Shown here: piece after piece, positions 13,056 through 26,038 of the stretch
How the letters are laid out: every line of letters starts with the position of its first letter
Position numbering within the stretch: the stretch's first letter is position 1
Origin: Eledone cirrhosa
Lineage: Eukaryota
Length of the DNA: 64,000 nt
NCBI GenBank assembly: GCA_964016885.1
Contig: OZ024742.1
Span: 363,568,001-363,632,000 of the forward strand
Direction: 5' to 3'
Translations under genes and position numbers: made by a program
The notes under the pieces: generated by a model
What the model was told of the DNA's origin: nothing
The model's database searches: none
The model's input: the letters and a program-made list of their open reading frames with translations, nothing else

Positions 13056-13143
13056 TCCTCGACTACGTAGTTTCGTGGCATAAACAAAAACAATATATCA
13101 AAGATATAGAGTCCTTGCGAGGTCTGCCGACTTATCAAGAGGA
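13056..13143 (-). ncRNA. Hammerhead ribozyme, U3-A8 core variant (family D, copy 1)
   Basis: Minus strand reads tcctc-TTGATAA-gtcggca...tgccac-GAAA-ctacgtag-TC-gagga. Stem III is the palindrome ACTACGTAGT; the cleavage triplet is GUC. Confidence 0.8.
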
Positions 13144-13646
13144 TACCTCATTTTACTAGTCTCAAGAACGCGTCTACACGACGTGAGAAAGAATCCCAAA
13201 AGGCGGAGGGGGAGATAGTCACGCGATATAACGGTCGAGAAACAGAGCTAAGCCTCTTATAACCACGAAGAAAATACCACGGAGGCGGAGGGGGTATTCA
13301 TATCGAGGCCGTAGAAGAGGTAGTGAAGAAGGCGAGAAGTATGAGTAATGGAAGCTTTCCAGTTGTCCCCACACTTCAAAGATTGCTCGACCAGAGGGAG
13401 TTATTAATATATTTAGAAACACACAGATACATGCGGACACACACATATATACATGAATGCATCCGCACCCAACTGTGAGTTAAGGGTGCCAACTTCACCG
13501 ATGTTGCTCAATGAATGACTGGGACAGACCAATTCAGTTTGAACCAGACTGAACCAGTATCAGAGTTAAAAATACATTATGAAGAGAGAAGAAACATTTA
13601 GATATAATTAGTAATAAAATGTATCATACCTAAACTGTTCCTAAAT

Positions 13647-13734
13647 TCCTCGACTACGTAGTTTCGTGGCATAAACAAAAACAATATATCAAAGATATAG
13701 AGTCCTTGCGAGGTCTGCCGACTTATCAAGAGGA
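13647..13734 (-). ncRNA. Hammerhead ribozyme, U3-A8 core variant (family D, copy 2)
   Basis: Identical to 13056-13143. Confidence 0.8.
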
Positions 13735-13926
13735 TACCTCATTTTACTAGTCTCAAGAACGCGTCTACACGACGTGAGAAAGAATCCCAAAAGGCGGAGG
13801 GGGAGATAGTCACGCGATATAACGGTCGAGAAACAGAGCTAAGCCTCTTATAACCACGAAGAAAATACCACGGAGGCGGATGCATTCATGTATATATGTG
13901 TGTGTCCGCATGTATCTGTGTGTTTC

Positions 13927-14002
<76 letters not shown>

Positions 14003-14029
14003 TAGATATAGATATATATAGATATATAG

Positions 14030-14159
<130 letters not shown>

Positions 14160-14176
14160 CCTCCATCTCAACTCTA

Positions 14177-14212
14177 CTTTTGAAAAGCAGAAGAACTGCG
14201 AAACCGGTAAAG
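14177..14212 (+). ncRNA. Minimal hammerhead ribozyme, U3-A8 variant with weak stem I
   Basis: Reads ctt-TTGAAAA-gcag aagaa ctgc-GAAA-ccgg-TA-aag, inside a short unique island between (AT)n tracts. Confidence 0.55.
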
Positions 14213-14382
14213 GAACCAAATAAATATATATATATATTTTTTAAATAAAACTCCAGTTGCATTTTCGATTTCAGCTTTTTTTCTTTATATATATATATGT
14301 ATGTATGTATATATATGTATATATATATATATACACATATATATATACATATATACACATATATATACATACATATATATAT

Positions 14383-14471
<89 letters not shown>

Positions 14472-14524
14472 TATATGTGTGTGTGTGTGTATGCATATCT
14501 ATATATATCTATACATATGAGTAT

Positions 14525-14570
<46 letters not shown>

Positions 14571-14866
14571 ATGCGCACACGCACGTACACACATGAACAC
14601 ACACACATGAACACAAACATACACACACACATGAACACACACACAAACACACACACGTTGCCGAAGCCCTACGAATGCAACTACACAAATTATTATTAGT
14701 CTTTTCATTATCATCACCATCATCATCATCATCGTCATCAACATCATCATCATCATCATCATGTTGATCATTATCATCATCATCATCGTCATCATGTTTG
14801 CTGTCGTGTCCTTGTTGTTTTTCATAATACCTATAAACTAATTACAGAACTGTTAGCTACTATTGC

Positions 14867-14915
<49 letters not shown>

Positions 14916-15038
14916 AATGGGATTATCAATATCAATAGATAACCCTTAATTAAATAACTTAATCATTATGTTTATTATATTGTTACTATTGTTTTATTTG
15001 TTGTTGTGAGTGTGTGTATGTGTCTCTATGGTTATATA

Positions 15039-15081
<43 letters not shown>

Positions 15082-15086
<5 letters not shown>

Positions 15087-15268
15087 AACCAGTAAGACCC
15101 CGACAGCTGAGCTCAAGCCGTTTCGACGGCTAATTCTGAATTAGCCGTCGAAACGGCTTGAGCTCAGCTGTCGGGGTCTTACTGGTTCCTATTACCCACT
15201 CTACTACCTCAAGTATTGAGTACTTTGGTGCGTTATGGTCCACCTGGTTCCTTACCACATTTCCTTCG

Positions 15269-15270
<2 letters not shown>
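15082..15270 (+). mobile_element. Family C PLE-like insertion with perfect inverted duplication (centre 15137); HHR truncated
   Basis: 15082-15136 is inverted relative to 15138-15192. It keeps the HHR 3' half GAAAcggct-tgagctc-agctgTC and ends ttccttcgtt(AT)n. Confidence 0.75.
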
Positions 15271-15353
<83 letters not shown>

Positions 15354-15354
15354 G

Positions 15355-15433
15355 GTGTGTGTGTCTCTATGGTTATATATATATGTATATATATATATAT
15401 ATGTCTCTATGGTTATATATATATATGTATATA

Positions 15434-15466
<33 letters not shown>

Positions 15467-15498
15467 ATATGTATGTATATATATATATGTCTCTATGG

Positions 15499-15535
<37 letters not shown>

Positions 15536-15542
15536 TCAATGG

Positions 15543-15584
<42 letters not shown>

Positions 15585-15653
15585 CTCTATTGTTATATAT
15601 ATAGGTATGTGTATGTATGGGTGTATATATATATATATGTATGTTTCTCTATG

Positions 15654-15726
<73 letters not shown>

Positions 15727-15960
15727 GTCTGTATGGTTGTATATATATATATGTATGTGTCTCTATGGTTATATATATATATATATATATATGTGTGTCT
15801 CTATGGTTGTATATATATATATATGTGTGTGTCTCTATGGTTATATATATATGTATGTATTTGTCTCTATGGTTATATACATATATGTATGTGTCTCTAT
15901 GGTTATATATATATATGTACGTTGCTCTATGATTATATATATGTATATGTCTCTATGGTT
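15355..15960. repeat. Compound repeat of gtctctatggtt separated by variable (AT)n
   Basis: The motif recurs more than 10 times, with one further copy at ~15022 on the other side of the family C insertion. Confidence 0.8.
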
Positions 15961-16128
15961 GTGTGTAAAGTTTCAATGGTATTTCTAAAGAAGATATACG
16001 CCAACACAACGTTATGTATATTATGGCTGATTGCATGAGGCATATCTTTCATTGCCTTAAACCACAACTTTGTTCGATGTTACTATACGAATATCTGAGA
16101 GCATTATATTTTCGCCAGTCTTGTTCAT

Positions 16129-16167
<39 letters not shown>

Positions 16168-16418
16168 CGCACACACACACACACACACACACACGTACAC
16201 GCACGCACACACACACACACACATACACACACACACACACACGCACATACACACACATACACACACACATACACACACCCATACACACACATACACACAC
16301 ATACAGACACACACACACACATACACACACACGCACATACACACACATACACACACATACACACACATATACACACACATACACACATATACAGACACAC
16401 ACAAATACACACACACAC

Positions 16419-16470
<52 letters not shown>

Positions 16471-16474
<4 letters not shown>

Positions 16475-16939
16475 AACACTGATATTAATGGAGAGCAAAC
16501 TAGGAGGCGTAACTGTCCGGACAGATCATCCTGCCCCCTCAACAATAGATGCAGAGAACGTAACGTGGTCTACCAGTGCAATGTGAGGACAGAAAACTCC
16601 AACAAGGTTAAATCGGATTAACCGCCTGCGATTTTAAGACCCCGGATTACCAATACATTTAGAAACCCGGCCCGGCGACACGCAAGAGCACTTTCTGGCC
16701 ATATTTGGAACCCCCAAGACAAAAATATCACCTATCATCTAAGCTGGAGTATATTTTCCAAGGCAAAATCTTACTCAGGAGGACGTGGTCCATGTAATTT
16801 ATGCTCGGAGGAAACGATCCAGATGGTGTTTGCAAAGGACCAACTCTTAAACAAAAAGGATGAACTTGTTACCTCGTGTAAACACAGAATATATAGGACA
16901 TATCATACCTTCAAACCCCCTCACGAGCCGGGTGGTTAG
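16471..16939 (+). pseudogene. Degenerate C-terminal GIY-YIG endonuclease of a Penelope-like element (5'-truncated, frameshifted)
   Basis: Translates as RNCPDRSSCPLNNRCRERNVVYQCNV, then after a frameshift near 16610 as IGLTACDFKTRI...LSGHIW...WSI...CNLCSEE...LLNKKDELVTSCKH...stop at 16939. It is colinear with the 17834-18279 ORF. Confidence 0.85.
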
Positions 16940-17533
16940 ACCTCGGCTGTATCTTTTTCCTATTTACATACTATGATAGAGGTAACCCCTAGCATACTTA
17001 GATAGAAGTAGACATTTTTTCTTGATTTCTTCTCTCATATTCCTTTTTTTTTCTTCATAAGTTACACACTCTAATACTGAAACATTCCAAAACAAAACAA
17101 ACAAGTGATCAGAGTTTTCAGAGATTTCTTCCCTAACAAGTAACTTTTCTGATCACTTCTCCTTCGTATTTTTTACCGCATTCTACCAGCTTTAAAAAAG
17201 GTTTCAGTCTTCTCTATATAACTCACAAGGCATCGTATTAACTTCACCTCTCTCTTCTATTCAGTATTTCTATACACTCACATACATAAATACATACATA
17301 CATAAGTTTTAAAATAAATTTCAAAAAGTTCACTGTACTTACTATATGTGCCTTTACCGCAGTTTCCGATCCCAAAATAAACAGATAATCCACGAGGATT
17401 TCCATTTAGAAAGATATATTCTTCAGAAGGCTTTTCTCACTCGGAGAATATAAAATTCTCGAGTTCAAATCACAAACTGGCGCCATACGTCTCGATTCTA
17501 CGAACCAAACGGACGCTTTAAGCATCCAACACC

Positions 17534-17602
<69 letters not shown>

Positions 17603-17658
17603 ATTAAAAAAATAATGAATAAAACAATGAAACAGTTCCTTATATTAAACAAAAAAAG

Positions 17659-17811
17659 TTCATTATTTAACGATCGTTTCTAGGACATATATGTGTTAGA
17701 ATTGGCATGCATATTCAACAGATCTATGTACAAAATTATACAAAATTATACAAACTATCAAATTTAATATACATACCAACACATACATATGCCGTCTTCA
17801 GAAATAATGAA
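17659..17811 (-). ncRNA. Long-stem-II hammerhead ribozyme in inverted pLTR (family A)
   Basis: Reverse complement of 20925-21067 with a 10-nt duplication in distal stem II. Confidence 0.78.
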
Positions 17812-17833
17812 ATATATTTATTGATAATAACAA

Positions 17834-18279
17834 TAAAAGAATTAACGAAAGGTTGTAACAGTAGAAACAAAGCAAACTGCCCATTAAAAGGAAATTGTCT
17901 TGTTAACAACATAGTTTATAAATGTAATGTTAAAACTAAAGATTCTATTTGCTCATATATAGGAGCTACTTCTAACAATTTTAAGGTAAGGTTTAATACC
18001 CACAAACATAGTTTTAAAAATGCCGCACTGGCTAATACAACATCTCTAGCAGAAAAAATTAATAGTTATAGAAATAAGAATATAGAATATGATATGACCT
18101 GGAGTGTGCTCAAAAGAGCCACCCTTTATCAAAATAATAGAAATGAATGTAGATTATGTTCCCAAGAACTATTTGAAATAATGAAATCAAAGGATATCCT
18201 ATTAAATAAGCGACAGGAATTAATTATATCGTGTAATCATAAACTGAGAAAAACATTTAAATATTATAAACCTAATTAA
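17834..18279 (+). pseudogene. GIY-YIG endonuclease domain, C-terminus of PLE ORF (Nematis-like Cys-rich type; clade tentative); RT missing
   Basis: CNSRNKANCPLKGNCLVNNIVYKCNV...YIGATSNNFKVRFNTHKHSF...WSVL...CRLCSQE...LLNKRQELIISCNH shows the IVY/YIG motifs and conserved R, E and N. The first ~42 aa of the listed ORF (from 17707) come from the inverted pLTR. Confidence 0.9.
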
Positions 18280-19140
18280 TAATATATATTTTAGAAATTA
18301 ATATATAATTTAATGTAAATGTTAGTTAACCTATAAATTTAATTTAATTAAAATTCTACTACAGATGAGATTATAAAATATTGTGTAATCATAAATTGTG
18401 AAAAACTTTTAAATATTATTAACATAATTAATATATACTTTGTAAATTAATTTATAGATTCATTTTGGTTTATTTAACCTTTTATTAAAATTCCTTTACA
18501 GATGAAATATAACAAAATATCGTGTAATCAATGACAGAAAAATATTTTTTAATATTATAAACCTAATTAATGTACAATTTAGAAATTTATTTATAAATTA
18601 ATTTTAATTTAGTTAACCTATAATTTTAATTTAATTAGCTTAAAATTAAAATTCTAATACAGATGGATTGCAGAATATCATGTAATCATAAACTGAGATA
18701 AATTTTTAAATATATACCTAATTAATATATTCTTTATAATTAAATATATATATATATATATATATATTAATTTTAATTTTTGTTAACCTATAATTATATT
18801 CTACTATAGATAAAATACAAAATCTGCTTTAATTATTATAAACCTAATTAACATATACTATAGAAATTAATATATAATTTTTAATTTAGTTAACCTATAA
18901 TTTATATTCTACTACCGATGAAATACTTGATTTGGTTTTCCCTATTACTAAATTCATTTCCTAATATTGATACCATAATGTTAATATTTTTAATTTAGTT
19001 ATGCTATAATTAATACTCTACTACTGTTTAACTTCAAAATTCCGCTTCAAATATTATAAACCTAAGTAGTATACACCTTAGAAATCAATATATTAACTAT
19101 TTTTAATTTAGTTAACCTATAATTAATAGTCTACTTATAT
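18232..19140 (+). repeat. Diverged ~140-160-bp AT-rich tandem repeat, ~6 units
   Basis: tgtaatca...aaatattataaacctaattaa...ttagttaacctata...attcta recurs at ~18232, 18384, 18523, 18681, 18830 and 19050. Confidence 0.8.
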
Positions 19141-19415
19141 TAAAATGCATAATTTTGCCTTCTTTCTTACATTTCCTAATACTGAAACTACTATGTAAAC
19201 ACATATTATGATCTAAATGCAGATTAATATTCTATGTTCCTTGAAACCTATATTTACTATTTCCCACTAATAATTTTAATCCCCCCCCCCCTATAATTAT
19301 TTGTATTTGTAAGCGTGGATGTTTGTATGTGTATGTATGTAGGTATGTATGTTTGGGTGTTTGTTTGTGAGTATAAAAATACATATGTGCGCATGTAAAT
19401 AAGCGTGTATGATTG

Positions 19416-19446
<31 letters not shown>

Positions 19447-19640
19447 ATATATGTATATATATATATATGTGTATATATATCTGTATATATATGTCTATAT
19501 GTATATGTGTGTTTGTATATATGTATGTGTGCGTGTGTATGTGAGTATATATATTTGTAGAGATGTGTGTATGTATATATATATATATATGTGTGCATAA
19601 TTGTCTGACTGTGTGTATTTATTTATTTATTTATTTATTT

Positions 19641-19760
<120 letters not shown>

Positions 19761-19815
19761 GTGTATGTATATGTGTGTGTGTGTGTGTGTATATATATTT
19801 ATGTGTATGTATATA

Positions 19816-19852
<37 letters not shown>

Positions 19853-20221
19853 GTGTATATATATATCTCTTTATTTATGTATGTCTGAGTTGTATGAGCG
19901 TGTGGTTGTATGTGTATATACATACATGGATGTGTGTGTGTGTGTATATATACGTATATGTATGTGTGTGTGTGTATATATATGTGTGTGTATATGTATA
20001 TATATATATATATATCTGTGTATATGTGTGTGTATGTGTATATATATATGGGTATCTATGTGTATATGTGTATGTACATATGAGTGTGTATATATATATG
20101 TGTGTTGTGAATATATGTATATATATATATGTGTGTATGTATGTGTGTCTATGTATTTATATATGTATATGTATGTGTCTCTATATATATATGTGTGTGT
20201 ATATATATGTATATATATGTG

Positions 20222-20314
<93 letters not shown>

Positions 20315-20924
20315 CGATGTGTATTTTATATTTTACTTGTTTATATATTTTTTTTAATATATTTCTTTTTATTTCTAAATTTATAGATACATTTTATAAA
20401 TAGGCTGTGTCTGACACCCTTAGTAATTACTGACTCCCTTTACCTACTTTCTGCATCTAGATGTAAATATATGTGGCAGTGCTTATATTATGTGTGCGCC
20501 TTAATGTCCATATGCTTATAATAATAATATATACATATGTGTGTGTGTGTGTGTGGGTGTGTGTGTGTGTGTATGTTCGTGGTTATGTGTATGTTTATGT
20601 GTATATGCGCGTGTGTGTGTGAATGTATGTATATGTGTGTATATATGAATGTATATATGTTTATATACGTATGTGTATTTTATCTGTAGATTATAAACAT
20701 ACAGAGACATTAGCCCTGAATTTTTGTATTTACATACATTTTTTCGACATGCGTATGCATGTGAACATATATTTTTATGCATATCTGTGAACGAAGTTAC
20801 TTACATATATACACACACCTAACTGTATTTTCTTGATATATTTTGTGTATTTCATTGGTCAATTTGAACTCTGTTCCCAAACAGACCTGTAATTTTGAAT
20901 TGTTGTTATTATCAATAAATATAT

Positions 20925-21067
20925 TTCATTATTTCTGAAGACGGCATATGTATGTGTTGGTATGTATATTAAATTTAATAGTTTGTATAATTTTGTACAT
21001 AGATCTGTTGAATATGCATGCCAATTCTAACACATATATGTCCTAGAAACGATCGTTAAATAATGAA
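20925..21067 (+). ncRNA. Long-stem-II hammerhead ribozyme in 3' pLTR (family A)
   Basis: Reads ttcattattt-CTGAAGA-104-nt stem II-GAAA-cgatcg-TT-aaataatgaa. Stem I is a perfect 10 bp and the predicted GUU cleavage is after 21057. Confidence 0.82.
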
Positions 21068-21260
21068 CTTTTTTTGTTTAATATAAGGAACTGTTTCATT
21101 GTTTTATTCATTATTTTTTTAATACTTTATCTTGACTCTGTATTCCGTTTATCTTTCACCGAAAGTGATTTTGAATGCATCTCTTCTTTCCATGATATCC
21201 GGATTACATTGAGTTCTTCATACGGATTGGACACTACCGTAAACTCTTGGTAGATTTATC

Positions 21261-21384
<124 letters not shown>

Positions 21385-23051
21385 GGTGAATTACGATAGA
21401 GTATATATGAGTGGGAGAATCTTGTCCACCATATTACATAAATAACCATTCAGAAAAACCGTGTGTAATGTGATATTGCTGGGATTATTTTGTCATCTTA
21501 CTGGTACGTTCTTCCTTTTAATGTAATTTATTAGGCGTTAATATATTTCGTTTTAATCAATTATCGTTGAAAGTTTCTTCTAGATTGATATAATATTAGT
21601 TATGACATTATAGCTATCGTGACATATTTAGAGTTGAGCTTAGACTTGATCCGGTTGCTGCATTATATGATGTGAATAGTGATAAATATTATATTATTGT
21701 GTCAAGGAGTAAGATTGAACATCGTCGCTTCAACTTGTATAAAATAATAAATAAATACGTGTCAATTTATGGCAGTCGTTGTAATAGGAGACACGTTCAG
21801 GTGTTTTCAAATCATTTTTTTTGATTTTACTTACAATGCACTATAGAATAAGTAAACCTTTTGGTATAATTTGTAGCTGAAGCTGAAAATGCATTCAAAA
21901 AAGACATTTAAACATATTAGCATAGTATTTGTTATTAATATAGATAATTAAAAATACAGAATACTTGTGTGTGCTTCCTGCTTTAATCAATAAATGGAGC
22001 AAGGTTATCATTCAGTAATATACGCTTGTTGTTTTGTATTATTTTGTTGTGTTGCAATGTCTTCATTCTTAGCTTCAACGTTGCTTACCTTGTCAGTTAA
22101 ATATGAACAATATTATAAATCTCAGTCGTTTACACATTGTGAGTTAAAAGCTTGTTCTTTCGCGATGCAGCTAATTACACCCACGACAGTAAAATGGCAG
22201 GAGGCCGGACTGGTGAAATTCCTTCAAAGATTTATTATAGCAAACACTATGTACATTTCAGTGACCAAATTCTGTAAGATCCTGGTGACATCATCAGGTG
22301 TTTATTGCATAAAAGTTATATAATAAAGGAATAATGGTAAACACAATCCAAGAGGCTAAAGAACATAGAAAAATGTTTATGACTCGAAGGCGGTCAGGGC
22401 CAGCTTTCGCCAGTTTGGCTGACCACATTCGAGTGGGGATTCTCATCAATTTCGACTTGCCGGTTTGGGTAGGGGCTGTATACATATAACGCCTACTTCT
22501 ACCACGCTGCCGCTCACCGCCATTTGGACACATGCTACTAGCAAAGGAGTTACTGGCTGTGTTTTAGTAACGATACCAGTAAATATCTCATTTCCTGGAC
22601 GATATAATTTCTGTGTAATATAACTTCACAAATGCAGATATTACATCCGCAATGTTTAGAAAATCACGCAATATCAGCGGATATTTACGTAATCGGGCTA
22701 TTACATGTCTTCAGCAGGTTGCCTAAATCAAACGATAGGTCCATGCAGCGTGTGTTAGCCATCACTACTGGATAAGCTCTCTAGCAGTTCTCGGCATTCT
22801 TACACACTTCCGCTAATGAAAAGAGGAAGAATTCCATCGTAGACGTAAGGAATTCGCGCCAAAACAAAGCATTCTACCGGCCTTTCGTATATGCGCATAT
22901 ACACATAAGGAGGTTTATGTATATATACATGTATAGAAGCAAATAATAGCTGGTTTGTGAAACAAAGCCGAAATATAACTTTGACAACTTTGATAGATTT
23001 TGGCCAGTATTGGCCCAGGCCATGTCTAACTTAATAACACCATCTGGCTAT

Positions 23052-23276
23052 ATAGGAACATGTTCAGGACTCCGACGGCAGAGATCAAGCCGTTTTGACG
23101 GCCATTTCTGGACTCATATTTCTGGACTCATTGTGGGTCCAGAAATAGCCGTCGAAATGGTTTGAGCTCTGCCGTCGGGGCCCTGAATATTTTCCTATTA
23201 CCCACTCTACTACCCAAAGTGTCGAGTACTCTGTTGCGTTATGGTCCACCTGGTATCTTACCACACTTCCTTCGTT
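23052..23276 (+). mobile_element. Family C insertion, older diverged copy with inverted duplication
   Basis: Arms at ~23052-23117 and ~23136-23198. The minus arm preserves ATGA-gtccagaaatggccgtc, a remnant of the HHR core. Confidence 0.72.
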
Positions 23277-23658
23277 ATATATATATACAACACTAGTTAG
23301 TGAGTAATTAAAATGACTACAGGTGGTAACTGTTTAAGCTCAATTCTATTAAATGAATAGGATATTCAATGTTAAGAAGTATGGAGCAACCTCACCGATA
23401 TCTGTTAGTGGCATATTATGCAGGCTGTTTACTTAAAAAAAAAACGTTCAAAGTTTGAGTTCAAAATCTTTTATAGTTGGTCCGAAACAGTAAGACTCTC
23501 TTCCTGCTATTTCAAGCGTTACACTAATATATTTCTTCCATGTACTCTGCCGTTTGTTTTTTCACTTTGTTATTTCAGTTTACCTTTTACACACACACCC
23601 ACTATCAGACACACACACGCGCAAAAGCAAGATGGCGTAGGACAGGACAAAGGAGAGG

Positions 23659-23738
<80 letters not shown>

Positions 23739-23771
23739 AGTATTGAAATTTCCGTTGAGAATTGAAAAAGT

Positions 23772-23946
23772 CATAGGAGTGAAGAGTGCTCTATGTAAGT
23801 TACAGAGCTAAATTTAATGTATAATAAACAATACAATATAATTAGGTTTCCTGAATAAGACGAATACAAGAAACGAACGAATGAGGACGTTCGTCTTATT
23901 CGGGAAACCTCTGGTAATGAGGTAATTATATTGTATTGTTTATTAT

Positions 23947-23952
<6 letters not shown>
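23772..23952 (+). mobile_element. Inverted-repeat insertion with truncated hammerhead-like motif
   Basis: aatgtataataaacaatacaatataatta and aggtttcctgaataagacgaa are mirrored downstream. The + arm reads ATGA...GAAA-cctc tggtaat gagg-TA. Confidence 0.5.
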
Positions 23953-23987
<35 letters not shown>

Positions 23988-24601
23988 TTATATATGTAAA
24001 TATACACTGACACACACGCACACGCGCTTATACATACATATATATATATATTTATATATATATAAATGCATAAGAGAAATGTATAACTAGAAAGAGAGAG
24101 GTTGGTGATATGTGATTGAAAGACTCGTGTTTGTGGAGAGTTATGTAAATGGAAGTACACATTTTCTACGTAAGTTCATTGACACCAGACAATAGTGCGT
24201 GGTTATTACTGTCATATGAAATAATTTTGTCTATAAAACTTGTTTCACATACAAAGTAATGTTTATTACTCATTCTGTTTTATGGCATCTTCTCTATACA
24301 GAATATTTACAGTATTTATCGATGGATCCTCCGTCAATATCGACGACAATCATTACTTCCACCGTCAGCAGTTTCCAACCGTGTTTGCATCATCGCCCAC
24401 TTTCGCATGGAAATATTTTCCACCAGTCACCTGTATAGTAAATATTAGTTTGAGGTGAGAGGTGAGCAGATTAAATGATAGGCAGTTTTCTCGACAATAA
24501 AAACTATAAACGTTATATGTCAGTATACAAACTAGTATCGAATATTTACCATTTATTTAACTCTTACAAAACAATATAAGTGAACATTATTTGCATTATG
24601 A

Positions 24602-24661
24602 GATAAAGTACCAGTAATGCACTGGGTAATTGCTGGCCTTGTGCCTAAAGTAGAAACAATT
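24602..24661 (+). mobile_element. SINE 3' fragment
   Basis: ataaagtaccagtaatgcactgggtaattgctggccttgtgcctaaagtagaaacaat is the near reverse complement of 28844-28900. Confidence 0.75.
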
Positions 24662-26038
24662 ATTTGCATTATGAGATTCTTTATTGAAAGTAATGTGAAA
24701 AGTAGAAACATCAAATATTTGGACACACATATTCCATGTTTATATATCATCAATGTGTCCCTGTGACTGGTGTGACTCAGCCCATGCTATCATATTAATT
24801 ATAACATCGTTAGTCACAAGTCACCTGGCATTGTTATATCCAGCGTACTTCTACTTTTCGATAAGAAGGTATTAACATGGCTGGTGGCACCTTCTACTAA
24901 TTGCAACGTTGGGAAGGCAAGCAAAATTATCTTTAAGTGTTTCCATAGGTTCGGACATGATGTCATTATATTTAGTGACACCAGGAGCCATGTTTACCAT
25001 GAAACCAATACTGTATTATGACACCACTGTTATGTTGTAAACCTATCAATTCTTCCAGCACATAGTCTTCACAATCGATTACCTCGACTTCAATTAATTT
25101 GTTATGCTAAACTGAAAGAGGCAATGCAATAATATCCTGAAATCACTCTTCCATGTATTATGCAAGGAATAATCGCTATATATAATTACATTCTTATGAA
25201 CCAATTCATCTTCCAAGTTATTCCATCGTTGAAATTGGTGGGGTTGATGTCTTAGGTAGTATTCATTAAGAAACGAAGGCAGTGATGAACGATTTACGGT
25301 TGACAGGTGTTGTTTTACTTTTCTTGTGATAACGGATTGAGATCATTAGTTTGGTGAAAAAATATAATATTTTGAAGCAATCGTAGAAATGGGTAGTGGA
25401 ACGGATTAAAACAAAGTTATTATTGTATCAAACACTTAGAAAAAACGGACAACAGAGTTGCCTTTTGACAAACATCGTACTTCAGTATCGTAGATAGATA
25501 AGCCTCACATATTCATTATTATTATTCAAAGCGCAGTTGACGGAAAATTCGTTCTGACAAAGAATTCGAATTGAGCCTGTTCATAATTTTAATAACTGAC
25601 TGCAACACATCGCTAAACTTGCCGTCGATATTTTTTCCCCATTAAATGCTGCGGATAAGCCACACAGTAAACTGTTAAAAAAGGATGGGAAGACACAAGT
25701 TTTAAGATTTTAAGACAGAAGAGAAACCTCTGTATCTACCTATCATAGCAAGGACTCCATCCGATACACAGGTAAGACTATTGTTAAAAATATAGCTTCA
25801 ATAAATCTAAATTAGACGTAAATTTGAGTCAAATAACAATTGATCAGTGAATAGCAACACTTGACAAGGTTGAATATTTTCATTAAAAAACATACCACCA
25901 GCCTTTCACTAGTATTGTTTCTAAGAATCTTTGTTAATATATAAAATGTCAAGTCCTTTCCTCTACTTTCCTATACAGCAAGATCTTCCCTTCTTTCACC
26001 CTTTTCTTTCCTTACTATTTGTTTTGTCTTTTGATTTG

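Larger units (their letters stand above)
12985..13930 (-). mobile_element. Family D non-autonomous PLE/retrozyme-like element: 591-bp partial tandem plus inverted end
   Basis: 12985-13289 equals 13576-13880 (direct repeat, offset 591). 13876-13935 is the reverse complement of 13407-13466. It has two HHRs, (AT)n on both sides and no credible ORF. Confidence 0.85.

Noticed and set aside
15970-16056. Hammerhead-like CTAAAGA followed by stem agatatacgcc/ggcatatct
   Set aside because: The core is mutated and no GAAA/stem III follows.
17707-17833. N-terminus/start codon of the 190-aa ORF
   Set aside because: It lies in the inverted pLTR and is a chance in-frame fusion, not a stand-alone endonuclease gene.
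17834-19250. Naiad-type selenoprotein PLE (suggested by (AT)n targeting)
   Set aside because: The EN is C-terminal, there is no in-frame TGA in the remnant, and I could not identify a SECIS.
22294-22533. Minus ORF with Walker-A-like APTQTGKS, plus-strand ILINFDLP (DEAD-box-like) and a YY1-like CCGCCATTT
   Set aside because: These are short isolated motifs on opposite strands with no supporting domain context or splice signals; chance is likely.
25716-25777. Possible exon ending at CAG/GTAAGA donor
   Set aside because: There is no convincing acceptor or polypyrimidine tract, and upstream frames contain stops.
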